DNA of 64,000 nt. Origin: Eledone cirrhosa. Its lineage: Eukaryota. Both the position numbers and the translations under genes were made by a program. The notes beneath the pieces are model-generated. The model made no database searches. It saw nothing but the letters and a program-made list of their open reading frames with translations, and had not been told where the DNA came from. Location: positions 260,834,001-260,898,000 of the forward strand of contig OZ024740.1 of assembly GCA_964016885.1 (NCBI GenBank). The letters are read 5' to 3'. Positions 25,688-38,788 of the stretch are shown in pieces (the stretch's first letter is position 1; every line of letters begins with the position of its first letter).

Positions 25688-28600
25688 TTACAGACACATA
25701 CTCAGAGAAGGCCCATTCACTCGGGCCATACTTGCTTCTCTCACCCATCTTTCAACAAAATGCTGGGAAGAGAGCACTTCCCTCTCTACCCTGATTTTCC
25801 TTTTCAAATGAAATTTGAAAAAGTTAATCAGGGCATCACCGAAGAGGTAAGTGCTCGTCTTCAGCCCTTTCAAACGTGTCCACCATACTATCTCTTTCGC
25901 CATGGCCACCAGACAGATAAAAACTGCCTGCCGTTCCCGGCTAAAGGAAGAGGGCGGGCTATCCTCACGATGGACTCAGCTGATAGCTGGATCCGTCCTA
26001 CACGTGACAGCAGGTGTTCGACATAAACCCACAAGTCAGCAATGCTCGGACACTGGACGAGTGCGTGCAGGACGGTTTCGTCGCCCTGTGCGCATCTCGG
26101 ACATGCCCGGTTGACGGGCATCTCCATGCCTGTAGAGTTTATCCCGAACTGGCAAAGCTTCCCGGTAGCACTGCCAGGCCAGGGATTTCTGGAAGTTGTC
26201 CATAGGCCCCGGCCCAAAAGTCCTTCCGAAGAGATTGGCTAGTTGATTTTCGTCGACGCCTAGAGTTTCTCCAAGTATGTCGGCGCTCTTCCCCTCCACT
26301 AATTCCCTATAGAACGCCAAGGTGGAGTTTCCACCGATCACATTGCCCGATTGGTCGAGGGCTGTGAGCGCCTGAAGATATTCCAGTCTCGAAGCGCTCC
26401 CTCTCGGTCTTTGCTTGACCCAGGACTGCAGCTCCGTCAAGGAGACGAGCTGGGGAAAAACGTGTCTAGCAAACGGCGACCACACCTAATCACCGTCGAG
26501 GAAGAGGTGGAGATGTCGTAGCCTGAACGCGTGTCTGCGCATCATCAGCCACGGCATGCCCAGCCCTCCACGTAGCGGGTGTTGACAGCAGATGGACCGC
26601 CTGACCATCGGAGCGCGTCCCTTCCACAAGAAGCGAAAGAGCAAACGCTCCAGCGCAGTCAGGCGGGGCTTAGGACAAGGTACGACGGTCAGGCGGTAGT
26701 AGATGACGGACGCGATGTACGCGTTAGCCACCTCCGCTCGACCTTTCAGGGATAGCTTCCTCTCGGCCCATTTCTAGGTGAGAGAGGCCACCCTGCTCGT
26801 CACCTCGTCCCAGTTTTTGTCCGTCTGGAGGTCTGGACCGAACCAGACCCCTAGCAATTTAACCGGTCCGTCCATCCAGCGCCCGACGACGCTGTTGGAC
26901 GGCATGGACCTGCCTCTCCAAGTGCCGAGCTGCAGGCCCACTGACTTTTCCTGGTTGATAATTGCTCCTGTCACCGCTTCGTATTCTCTTAGTGTAGTGC
27001 CGATCGCCTCGATGTGTTTGGCGTTCGACACCACTACGGTGACATCGTCCGCATATGCTGACACGGATCTTCCGCATCCTAATTCGCGCGGGACCCCCCT
27101 CAACGTCTCCAGTTTGTGCAGTAATGGCTCGAGAGTCAATACGTACAATAGGGACGAGAGGGGACATCCTTGGCGGACCGAGCGCATGATGTTGAACGGT
27201 TCCGAAAGGTGACCGTTCACTCTCACTACAGAGCAGATGTCGCTGTGCATGGCAGCGATCCAGCCTCTGAAGACGGGCCCAAAGCCAGCCGCCCTCAGGA
27301 CTGCCGCTAGGTAACGATGGTTGACCCTATCGAAGGCTTTCGATTGATCTAAATTGATCAAAGACCCACCCGTTCCAGGTTCCCTAGCTACCCTCTCTAC
27401 GATGTATCGCATGAGGTGGAGGTTGTCGTGGATGGATCTGTCGGGAATGGCGCATGTCTGTGCCTCTCCCACCAGACCACCAACGACAAGCGCCAACCTA
27501 TTTGCTAGCACCTTGGTCAAAATCTTGAACTCTGTGTTTAGCAGAGTTATGGGCCTAAAATTATCTATGTTATCCCCCTTGTTCGGATCCTTTCTCAGCA
27601 GCGCCACCGCTCCTCGGCTCACAGAGCTGGGAATTCTCCCGTTCTGTTGCCAGTTGCAGTAGACGTCCGCCAAGAGGCCTCCGAACAAGTCTGGCATCTG
27701 TACGTAAAGTTCATAGGGCAGACCATCCAAACCAGGCGATTTACCCCTTGTGCAGCCAGTCATTGCCTCCCGTACTTCAGCGGTCGTTATCGGCTTTTCA
27801 CAACACTCCGCCTCAGTTGCCGAAAGCCGCGGCAGTCCGTCGAGGTAGACACTAAAGTCCATCCCTCGATCCGGCCCGCCACTTCCCCCGAACAGTTGAG
27901 CGAAGTGTCGCTGAAAAGCTTCACACATTTGCCCGGGATCGAGTAGCATGCACCCGTCGTGGTCCACCAAAGACCGGATCGTGGATTTATTGCCACGACA
28001 CGCCTCCGCCACTCGGGCCCATTGAACGGCTTTCGTCCCCTCGTGTCTGAGAGCACGCACCCTAGCTCTGACAACGCAGCCTTCGTGCTTTGCATTGAAG
28101 AATTGGTCAAGGGCCAATTTCGCCGCAAGTACGTCGATCGCGATGCCTTTGCTAAGCGCCTCATCTAATTTTCTAACTAATTCTACCTCTGATCTATTTT
28201 TCTCTATTGCTAAAGCCTTACTAAACCTAATGGACTCTATTCTAATTGCTCTTTTCAGAGCAAACCACCACTTGTTGTTGACGATGGCCCCCGTCAACGC
28301 CCGCTTAACTAGTTCGCTAATCCGGTCTCTGTAGGCCTTGCGCGCTGGTAAGGACGCGTTTAGCTTCCAGTAGCCGGGTCCTCGTCTATGAAGCCTATTT
28401 AAGTCAAGCACACAGATCACGAATTTGTGGTCCGTGTAGCTGACTATCTTGAATTGTGGACAGCCTATGCTAGACCTATCTATTTCCCTACAAAATACTC
28501 TATCTAGATATGATCTGGATGACCCTATGCGATTTGTCCAAGTCCACATTGGTACATTCGGGAAATCCATTCGGTACCTGTTAGACAGTTCAAAACGCCT

Positions 28601-29106
28601 GAGCAGGTTGGTGAGACTCTTGCACCCTCCTTCCCTATCCACTAATCCCACACAATCCCAGCGTGCATCTAAGATCCCGTTCCAGTCGCCCACTAACACT
28701 AAAGAGCGGGACGTTCCAAGAAAGGTCTCCAGACGCCGGAAGAAATCAGGCCGCCCTGCTCCTGTCGGGGCATAGACGGCCACTAACCTGAAAGTTTGCC
28801 CGTCTCCGCTGGTCACGTCCAGCACCACCAACTTACCTTCTGGGTCCAGGAAGATGACCCGTATGGCAAGATCCAAACCTCTCCGAAAAAGCACAGCAAC
28901 TCCTCCCCCGATCCAGGACGGCTGGGACATGCGTACACATCGTAGCCGCCGAAGATTGGTGCGAAGGCCCGTGCTTCGGAGATTCTGGTCTCGCTGATGG
29001 CCACTACATCTATGTTTAGTGACCTGAGGTCGTTGAGCAGGTGGCCCTGCTTCCATGACGACCCCAAGCCACGCGCATTTATGCTGCCTATTCTGAGTGA
29101 GGTCAT
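25688..29106 (-). pseudogene. Copy C ORF2: AP endonuclease + reverse transcriptase + CCHC finger
   Basis: Starts MTSLRIGSINARGL, with ISET, VYAP, VGDWN, YLDRVF, TDH, GYWKLN, SVRQGCPLS, AYADD and CPRC..ETVLHALVQC. Frameshift at about 28925 and premature TAG at 26774 and 26486. Confidence 0.95.
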
Positions 29107-29140
29107 GTTGAAAAGGAGTGGAAAAGATGGGAAAGACCAC

Positions 29141-31143
29141 TTACCTTACTTCTCGTAGGGGAAGGACGGTTTTTCCATCCTTTTCACTGCTTGTGGCCTC
29201 CTCAGGAAGGATGTCCTTATAAATCCTCCTGGAGAATGCTTGTCGGAAGTCTCCGATGTCTTTGGGGAATTTTTGTTTTAGTGTCATGTACGTTTTCTGT
29301 GTGATGCGAGTGATTTGTATGTGTGGAGGTGGTGTGAATTTTGGGGTTGTTGTGTAGTCTTTTTCTGTGATGCTGGTGTTGTGTTGGATGTAGTGTAATA
29401 ATTGCTTGTTGTTCAAATTTAATGCTGTGTAGTATGTATCGTTTTGGTTGTTTTGTTTTGTTTGCGTTTGTTGTGGGTTTGTTTCTGTTTCGCATTTTGG
29501 TGACTTTTGTGGTGTAGGTGATGGTGGTGTTGGGGTTAATGATGGTGATGGTGTTGGTGTTTGGGTTGATGGGGTTGGTGATGCTGGTGTGGATGGTGGC
29601 ATATCTGTCCTAACTTTTTTGTTTGTTAATTTATTTGTTTCCCTCTGTATTTTGTTTTTGGAGGGGGAAGGAAGAGAATTTTTTCTTTTTTAGTTTCTTT
29701 TTTTTTTTCCTGATACCGTTTCCCACTCCTCGTCGTCACAATCTGTCTCCAGTTGTGATAGGCCGGGGAGTGGAAAATCCTCCACAGGCGTTAGTTTTGG
29801 TTGTGGTGTGGTGGATGGTGTAGGCGCTGGTGCTAGTTCTGAAGCGTTGGGTGGTGGTGGTGTTGGTTTTGCTGGTGGTGGTGGTGTTGGTTTTGCTACT
29901 GTTGCTGGGGTTGTTGCTGTTATAGTTGCTTCTGTTGTTGCTGCTACAGTCGTTGCTGCCATATCTGCTACTGGTGGTGTTGATGGTTGTGTCACTGGGG
30001 TGGGTAGGAGAGGTGGCCTCAACCTTTTAGCCTGAGGGCAGAAAGCCCTTAGGTGGGTTCCTTCACCACAAACGACACACCTAGGCCTTCTGCCCTCGAC
30101 AATTACGGTGAGGTGGCTGCCGTCAGTGAAGTCTATTACCTCTGGGATCTCCTCAATGCTTTTTTGGTCCGCTTGGATCGGGAGCTCCATCCCAGACCCG
30201 GACCAGTTCTCCTGCTTTTCTTTTGCTATTGCTATTATCTTTGTGTTGGCTTCGATGCCGGCGAGGACGGCCGCTATTAGCCAGGGAATTTCGATGGCCG
30301 GTGGAACGTGGGTCACCCTGATCTTTACGAGTCTCTGGCCACAATAGCTTGGGACGAGTGTGAAGTCGTCACTTCTTAATGGGGCCATGGAGTGTTCTCT
30401 AGCCTCCTCTGGTGTTTCAAAGAACACGTCCACGGTTCCATACTTTTGCCCACGTCTGATGTGGGTTTTTCTTGCCAACACGTGTCCCAAAGCTTTTTGG
30501 ATTTGGAACTCGGATGCCCGTTCCACTCGGCGCGATTTTACATTTATTGTTCGATACGACACGGTGCATAGGCGCCGATGCTCCATTTTATTAGGTGTGT
30601 GTGTGGGGGGGGGGGGGCTGACCCTGTACCCATCTTTCTTTACCATTTGTTTGGCATTTTCTAAATCCTCCTGAGTTACCGTAAATGCTTCGAACTGTTT
30701 TGCTACTCTGGCAAAACTCAGGGTGTTTTTTTTTATGTCATTGTTGTTGTTGTTGCTGTCGTTATTTTTGTTATTATTAATTTTAGTTTCAGTTGTAGTG
30801 GTGGTGACGTCAGTGGTTTTCGGTGTGGAAGTGGAAGAGTCCATTTTGGTTGAAATTATTTCGACATCACGAGTTGATTTATTTTTTCCTTTTGTTTCTG
30901 TTATCGCGGTGGTGGTGGGGGTGGTGGTTGTCGAGGTGGTGGTGGTGGTGGCGGCTTTAACCCCTGCAGTCATTGGTAATGGCGGGAAATGAATGTCTGC
31001 CTGAGACAAATTTAAAATATTGCTACTGCTTATATTTTTTTAGTGTTGGCAAACGTAGTAACATTTACAATGGTGGTGTCGGTGTGAGGTGTTAATTTGT
31101 GAGGAAGGCTTTCAGCTGCTTGGTGCAGAGGTGAATTAGCCAT
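29141..31143 (-). pseudogene. Copy C ORF1 (gag-like, single zinc knuckle, Pro/Thr-rich)
   Basis: SFARVAK, RRM-like region, CVVCGEGTHLRAFC, EWETV, ends LPLREVR. Frame breaks fall in poly-T runs at about 29695 and 31038. Confidence 0.88.
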
Positions 31144-31369
31144 TTTTTTTTCAAAGAAATTTTTGATAATCATAAAAGTTTAAATTTTGGGCACAAGGCC
31201 CCAATCTTTTTGGGTGTCCTTTTCGGAAAACAATGTATGTGCGCTTATATATAGTTAACAATAAAATTTTCCATAAATGGCAATTTTTAACAAACGGAAA
31301 TAACAAACCTTTGCGGAGCTCACGATGATACGATTTACTACGTAGGTCGCCAATAATAATAATAATAAT

Positions 31370-33042
31370 GATGAACAATAAGTGGATAATTGCAAGGGCT
31401 ATTATCCACTGTGGAGCAGTTCAGTGATGACATTAAAATGGAGTTTGGACTAGATAAATGCGCCAAAGCAACGTTCACCAGAGGAAAGCTGCTGAGGAGT
31501 TCAGACATTAATCTTGATCGGGGGAACGTGATAAGAGAACTTGATCAAGAAAAAACTTACAAATATCTAGGTGTTTGTGAAGGAGACGGAATCAAGCACT
31601 CGACAATGAGGGAAAGGATAAGGAAGGAATGTTACCGCAGAGTAAGAGCAATCTTAAGAACGGAATTGAATGCAAGGAATAGGATCGATGCCATAAACAC
31701 GCTTGCCATACCAGTAGTAACCTACAGTTACAATGTCATCAACTGGTCAAGCACAGAGATCCGTAGGCTCGATACAAAAATTCGAAAATTCTTAACCATG
31801 CACAGAATGCATCACCCTAAGGCAGATATAGATAGAATATATCTCCCTAGGAAAGAAGGAGGACGCGGGTTAATACAGTTAGACATTGCGTTGAAAACTG
31901 CAACAATTGGATTATCTACATATCTAAGGGAATCACATGATTGGATGATCAAACTCGTTTTGAAACACGAAAGCATCAAAAGATCATATTCCATTACAAA
32001 AGATGCACACAGATACAGTAATGGACTACAAATTTCAGAAGTCCCATTTACTGCTGAAATGGAAAACACAGAAAAAGCAAAGCAGGTAAAAGTAACTGCA
32101 AAGAAAGAACTGCTACAGAAACTGGCTAAGAAATGGCAAGAAAAGCCTCTGTATGGAAAATACCCAGAACGAGCTAACAATCCTGATGTTGACAAAACTT
32201 TAACCCATCAGTGGTTGGCATCCTCTGGACTGAAATCGGAGACTGAAGGACTGATTATATCAGTACAAGATCAGTGTCTGCCAACAAAAAATACCAAGCC
32301 AACATAATAAAAAATGGATGCAGCCCATTATGCCGTGTATGCAAAAAACAACCAGCGACCATTGACCATATAATTTCAATGTGCAGTCCTATAGCTCCAA
32401 CCGAATACCTAAACAGGCATGACAGAGCTGCACAATACATACATTGGATAATGTGTAAGCATTTTGACCTGCCCCATCAAAAGAATTGGTGGGAGCATCA
32501 ACCACTTCCCATACTTGAAAAAGATCACATCTCAATCTTGTGGAACTTTAGCATCCAAACAGACCGAAAAATAGATGCAAATAGACCTGATATAATATTG
32601 AAGGAATTTAAAAAGAGGGTATGCCTGCTAATTGATATGTCCGTTCCAATAGACAAGAATGTATCTATAAAAACGTTTGAAAAATTGAGCAAGTATAAGG
32701 ACCTGGAGATAGAAATTGGAAAAATGTGGAAATTGAGAACTAAAACAATACCAATGGTTGTAGGCGCTCTGGGAATGATACCTAAGGGGTCTAATGATTA
32801 CTTATCGCAAATCCCAGGAAACCCGCGTATAGGAGAAATACAAAAGATAGTGCTAATGGGAACTGCCCATATACTAAGGAAGATTCTGTCAATATAAGTA
32901 CATCACAAGTCTAAACACTAAAGATGCATGTGTGAGTATGTATGTTCTTTCTTGAACATGGCGGACCTTGTTGTCTCTTGAGGTCACTGGTTGTGACTTG
33001 GTGATAACTCGTATGAACATAAAGCAAGATAAATGCAACTGT
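31370..33042 (+). mobile_element. R4/Dong-type element, 5'-truncated (copy R4-3)
   Basis: Lies between (AAT)6 and (AAT)8 and encodes RT C-terminus plus RLE. Confidence 0.95.
31390..32897 (+). pseudogene. R4/Dong RT C-terminus, CCHC finger and restriction-like endonuclease
   Basis: MEFGLDKCA, YKYLGV, RIYLPRKEGGRGL, ETEG..QDQ, CRVC..TIDHIISMC, RHD, NRPDII, LIDMSVP, KLSKY. One frameshift at about 32285. Confidence 0.95.
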
Positions 33043-33310
33043 AATAATAATAATAATAATAATAATGTTTTCTTTATTAATCACAATGGTTTACATAAAG
33101 TAGACATTAAGGACAGTACAGGACAATACAGGACGGTACAAATGGGCATTTCTGCGTGTAAAAGAAACAGAGGATGTAATAAAATAACAAAGAAAAATTC
33201 CCCAATAGGCGGGAGACTTTCGAGGGACATTTGTGGAGAAAGCCCATTAAAAGACCACAGTGACCCTGACCACCAGGGCAAGAGCCTTCTGCCAGTTTTC
33301 CACCTTTAAT

Positions 33311-36300
33311 TTACAGACACATACTCAGAGTAGGCCCATTCACTCGGGCCATACTTGCTTCTCTCACCCATCTTTCAACAAAATGCTGGGAAGAGAGCAC
33401 TTCCCTCTCTACCCTGATTTTCCTTTTCAAATGAAATTTGAAAAAGTTAATCAGGGCATCACCGAAGAGGTAAGTGCTCGTCTTCAGCCCTTTCAAACGT
33501 ATCCACCATACTATCTCTTTCGCCATGGCCACCAGACAGATAAAAACTGCTGCCCTTCCCGGCTAAAGGAAGAGGGCGGGCAATCCTCACGATGGACTCA
33601 GCTGATAGCTGGATCCGTCCTACACGTGACAGCAGGTGTTCGACATAAACCCACAAGTCAGCAATGCTCGGACACTGGACGAGTGCGTGAAGGACGGTTT
33701 CGTCGCCCTGCGCGCATCTCGGACATGCCCGGTTGACGGCACCTCCATGCCTGTAGAGTTTATCCCGAACTGGCAAAGCTCCTCGGTAGCACTGCCAGGC
33801 CAGGGATTTCTGGAAGTTGTCCATAGGCCCCGGCCCGAAAGTCCTTCCGAAGAGATTGGCTAGTTGATTTTCGTCGACGCCTAGAGTTTCTCCAAGTATG
33901 TCGGCGCTCTTCCCCTCCACTAATCCCCTATAGAACGCCAAGGTGGAGTTTCACCGATCACATTGCCCGATTGGTCGAGGGCTGTGAGCGCCTGAAGACA
34001 TTCCAGTCTCCAAGCGCTCCCTCTCGGTCTTTGCTTGACTCAGGACTGCAGCTCCGTCAAGGAGACGAGCTGGGGAAAGACGTGTCTAGCAAACGGCGAC
34101 CACACCTGATCACCGTCGAGGAAGAGGTGGAGATGTCGTAGCCTGAGCGCGTGCCTGCGCATCATCAGCCACGGCATGCCCAGCCCTCCATGTAGCGGGT
34201 GTTGACAGCAGATGGACCGCCTGACCATCGGAGCGCGTCCCTTCCACAAAAAGCGAAAGAGCAAACGCTCCAGCGCAGTCAGGCGGGGCTTAGGACAAGG
34301 TACGTCAGCCTGCTCGTCACCTCGTCCCAGTTTTTGTCCGTCTGGAGGTCCGGACCGAACCAGAGCCCTAGCAATTTAACCGGTCCGTCCGTCCAGCACC
34401 CGACGACGCTGTTGGACGGCATGGACCTGCCTCTCCAGGTGCCGAGCTGCAGGCCCACTGACTTTTCTTGGTTGATCATTGCTCCTGTCACCGCTTCGTA
34501 TTCTCTTAGTGTAGTGCCGATCGCCTCGATGTGTTTGGCGTTCGACACCACTACGGTGACATCGTCCGCATATGCTGACACGGATCTTCCGCATCCTAGT
34601 TTCGCGCGGGACCCCCCTCAACGTCTCCAGTTTGTGCAGTAATGGCTCGAGAGTCAATACGTACAAGAAGGACGAGAGGGGACATCCTTGGCGGATAGAG
34701 CGCATGATGTTGAACGGTTCCGAAAGGTGACCGTTCACTCTCACCACAGAGCAGATGTCGCTGTGCATGGCAGCGATCCAGCCTCTGAAGACGGGCCCAA
34801 AGCCATCCGCCCTCAGGACTGCCGCTAGGTAACGATGGTCGACCCTATCGAAAGCTTTCGACTGATCTAAATTGATCAAGGACCCACCCGTGCCAGGTTC
34901 CCAGCTACCCTCTCTACGATGTATCGTATGAGGTGGAGGTTGTCGTGGATGGATCTGTCAGGAATGGCGCATATCTGCGCCTCTCCCACCAGACCACCAA
35001 CGACAAGAGCCAACCTCTTTGCTAGCACCTTGGCCAAAATCTTGAACTCTGTGTTTTGAAATTATCTATGTTATCCCCCTTGTTCGGATCCCATCTTAGC
35101 AGCGCCACAGAGCTGGGAATTCTCCCATTCTGTTGCCAGTTGCAGTAGACGTCCGCCAAGAGGCCTCCGAACAAGTCTGGCATCTGTACGTAAAGTTCAT
35201 AGGGCAGACCATCCAAACCAGGCGATTTACCCCTTGTGCAGCCAGTCATTGCCTCCCGTACTTCAGCGGCTGTTATCGGCTTTTCGCAACCCTCCGCCTC
35301 AGTGGCCGAGAGCCGCAGCAGTCCGTCGAGGTAGACACTAAAGTCCATCCCTCGATCAGGCCCGCCGCTGTCCCCGAACAGCTGTGCGAAGTTTCGCTGA
35401 AAACCTTCATACATTTTCCCGGGATCGAGTAGCATGCGCCCGTCGTGGCCCACCAAAGACCGGATCGTGGCTTTGTTTCCACGACGCACCTCCGCCTCTC
35501 GGGCCCATTGAACGGCTTTCGTCCCCTCGTGTCTGAGAGCACGCACCCTAGCTCTGACAACGCAGCCTTCGTGCTTTCCATTGAAAAATTGGTCAAGGGC
35601 CAATTTTGCCGCAAGTATGTCGGTCGCGATGCCTTTGCTAAGCGCCTTGTCTAATTTTCTAACTAGTTCTCCCTCTGCTCTATTTTTCTCTATTGCTAAA
35701 GCCTTACTAAACCTAATGGACTCTATTCTAATCGCTCTTTTCAGAGCAAACCACCACTTGTTGTTGACGATGGCCCCCGTCAACGCCCGCTTAACTAGTT
35801 CGCTAATCCGGTCTCTGTAGGCCTTGCGCGCTGGTAAGGACGCGTTTAGCTTCCAGTAGCCGGGTCCTCGTCTATGAAGCCTATTTAAGTCAAACAATCA
35901 GATTACGAATTTGTGGTCCGTGTAGCTGACTATCTTGAATTGTGGACAGCCTATGCTAGACCTATCTATTTCCCTACAAAATACTCTATCTAGATATGAT
36001 CAGGATGACACTATGCGATTTGTCCAAGTCCACATTGGCACATTCGGGAAATCCAATCGGTACCTGTCAGACAGTTCAAAACGCTTGAGCAGGTTGGTGA
36101 GGCTCTTGCACCCTCCTGCTCTATCCGCTGATTCCACACAGTCCCAGCGTGCATCTAAGATCCCGTTCCAGTCACCCACTAACACTAAAGAGCGGGACGT
36201 TCCAAGAAAGGTCTCCAGACGCCGGAAGAAATCAGGCCGCCCTGCTCCTGTCGGGGCATAGACGGCCAGTAGCCTGAAAGCTTGCCCGTCTCCGCTGGTC

Positions 36301-36593
36301 ACGTCCAGTACCACCAACTTACCTTCTGTGTCCAGGAAGATGGCCCGTATGGCGAGATCCAAACCTCTCCGAAAAAGCACAGCAACTCCGCTCCCCGATC
36401 CCGGACGGCTGGGAGATGCGTATACATCGTAGCCGCCGAAGATCGGTGCGAAGGCCCGTGCTTCGGAGATTCTGGTCTCGCTGATGGCCACTACATCTAT
36501 GTTTAGTGACCTGAGGTCGTTGAGCAGGTGGCCCTGCTTCCATGACGACCCCAATCCACGCGCATTTATGCTGCCTATTCTGAGTGAGGTCAT
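33311..36593 (-). pseudogene. Copy D ORF2 (APE-RT), multiply disrupted
   Basis: MTSLRIGSINARGL start, the same motifs as copy C, and several stops and frameshifts. Confidence 0.93.
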
Positions 36594-36627
36594 GTTGAAA
36601 TGGAGTGGAAAAGATGGGAAAGACCAC

Positions 36628-38357
36628 TTACCTTACTTCTTCTCGCATAGGAAGGATGGTTTCACCATTCTTTTTCACTTGATCGTCTGGTGAAGGGACC
36701 TTTGAATCGTCCCTTCGGCTGGTCGTCGGCTCTTCTGTGAGTATATCTGAATTTACCCTCCGGTTGAGTGTCCCTCCTAGGTCTCTGAAATCACCAATTG
36801 CGTTGGGAAATTTCGTTTTAATGTTTGTGTATTGTTTTTGTGCTATTTTTACCAGTTTTATGTTCGTTGGTGTTTTGATTGGTGCTGGTATTATGTAGTC
36901 GTGCTGTGAAATGTCTGTGTGTTCAATTATGTAAGTCATTAATTTCTTGTTGTGTGTATTTATTGCCGTGCATTTGTTTTTCTGGGGGTGGGGTGTGGTT
37001 CTGCTATTTTCTTGTCGTTGTTGCTGGGTGTGTGTGTTTTGTTGTGTTTGCGATGTTGGTGCTTGTGGTGGTGGTGTTGAAGGTGTTGTTGTTGTTGGCG
37101 GTGGGGTTGCCGCCGGTGTTGATGGTGGTGCTAGTGTGGGTGCTGATGGTGTTGGTGGTGTTGCTGCTGTAAATCTGTTTGCAGTAGCCTTTACCCTTTT
37201 TTCGTTTCTTTCCTCCCTTTTCGAAGGCGACGATGTGCTGCTCCTGCGTCTGTGCCTTCTTGCGACCTTTTTCCATCCCTCTCCCACCTCACACTCCATG
37301 TCCGATTCTGTGAGGTCGGGGAGGGGTACCAGCTCCACTCTTTCACTTGTTGTTGTTGGTGATGTTTGCAGTGGAGTCTCTGTTGCAGCTGCAGTTGGTA
37401 TTACTGTTGTTGTTGTTAATACTTCCACTGCTGTTGCTGTTCTTGATTTCCGTGGCGTGGGTATGGGTGGCACAGACCTATCCTTCCTGGTTGCCGCCTG
37501 CCCTGTTGCTGGTAGCAGTGGAGCCGGTTTCGGAAGGACAGGGGTGTTCTCCTTTCTCAGGGTGTTCTCATTGCAGAAGGCCCTGAGGTGAGTCTTCGAA
37601 CCACAGCGAAAGCATTTCGGGCGTTTGCCCTCAACACTTATGGGCAGTTGAGTGCCGTTATCGAAGTCTATCACATCCGGGATAGCTTCGATGCACTCCT
37701 GGTTGGTTTGGATTAACATCTCAATGGAGGCACCGACCCAATCTTCTCGTACTTTTTTCTGTACTTGCAGTACAGTTGTTTTGTCCTCGATTCCGACGAG
37801 GACAGACGCGGCCAGCCAAGAAGGGGCCATCCCAGGGGGGGGGGGGTCAATTTGACCCTGATATTTTTTGTCCGCAGTAGCAGGGCACCGACACCATTTC
37901 CTCGCTCCTTAGGGTCACTAATGATTGAGCTTTTGCCTCCTGGGGTGTGGCAAAAAGTACGTCCACGGTGGCATATTTCTTGCCTCGGGTGATGTGCGTT
38001 TTCCGCTGCCACACAGACCCTAAGGCTTTTTGTATTTGAGCCTCTGTGGCCCTTTCAACCCTACGGGATTTTGTGCTTACTGTACGGTACGTGACCGTAC
38101 AGTGCTGTTGGGTTTAGAAATATTTTTCGGCTGCCTTGCAGATTGCTCGGTGTCCAGTTTTCGTCACCATCTTCTTTGCTTCCTGTAATTCCTCATTTGT
38201 TATAAGGATGGTTTCCAGGTTCTTTGCGATACCTGCAAACGAGATTGGTTTTTCTTTGTTGTCGTTGTTGTTGTTGTTATTGTCGTCAGAGCTGCTGTTA
38301 CTTTTGTTGTTGCTGCTGGTACTACGACTGCCGCCGCCGCTGTTGCTGTGGTTGTTG

Positions 38358-38388
<31 letters not shown>

Positions 38389-38788
38389 TGTTGTTGCTGT
38401 TGCTGCTAATGCTGTTGTTGTTTATGCTGCTGCTGATGCTGTTGCGGCTGCTACTGTTGTTTTCCTTGTCACTGTTGCTGCTGCTGCTGTTGTTATTACG
38501 GCTGCTACTGCTATTATTCATGACGTCAGACGAATGAAATGGGTTTTCGTATTTATCGCATACCTTTTTCGTCGTTGTCGTCGTCGTGGAGAAATGTTGC
38601 ACGTTTTGCACGTGATTTTGGAAACTATTTTTCTTTACTGGCGTCGCTTGCGAAAGAGAAGGGAGGGAGAGAGACACATTTAGAGAAGGGAGGGAGAGAG
38701 ACAATCTTCTCTCTGGTGTAGTGACGATTGAGGAAGAAGAAGACGGAATGAGTGGGAGTGACTTGTGAAAATTCTTTTTTGTAGCCAT
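36628..38788 (-). pseudogene. Copy D ORF1 (divergent type, zinc knuckle)
   Basis: MATKKNF start, poly-Ser/Asn tract, SFAGIAK, CFRCGSKTHLRAFC, GWKKV, ends LPMREEVR. Frameshifted. Confidence 0.85.

Larger units (their letters stand above)
25444..31351 (-). mobile_element. Tx1-type LINE copy C, full length (5.9 kb)
   Basis: 5'UTR, ORF1, ORF2 (APE-RT-zinc finger) and 3'UTR with AATAAA. Flanked by (AAT)16 at 25396-25443 and (AAT)6 at 31352-31369. Confidence 0.96.
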
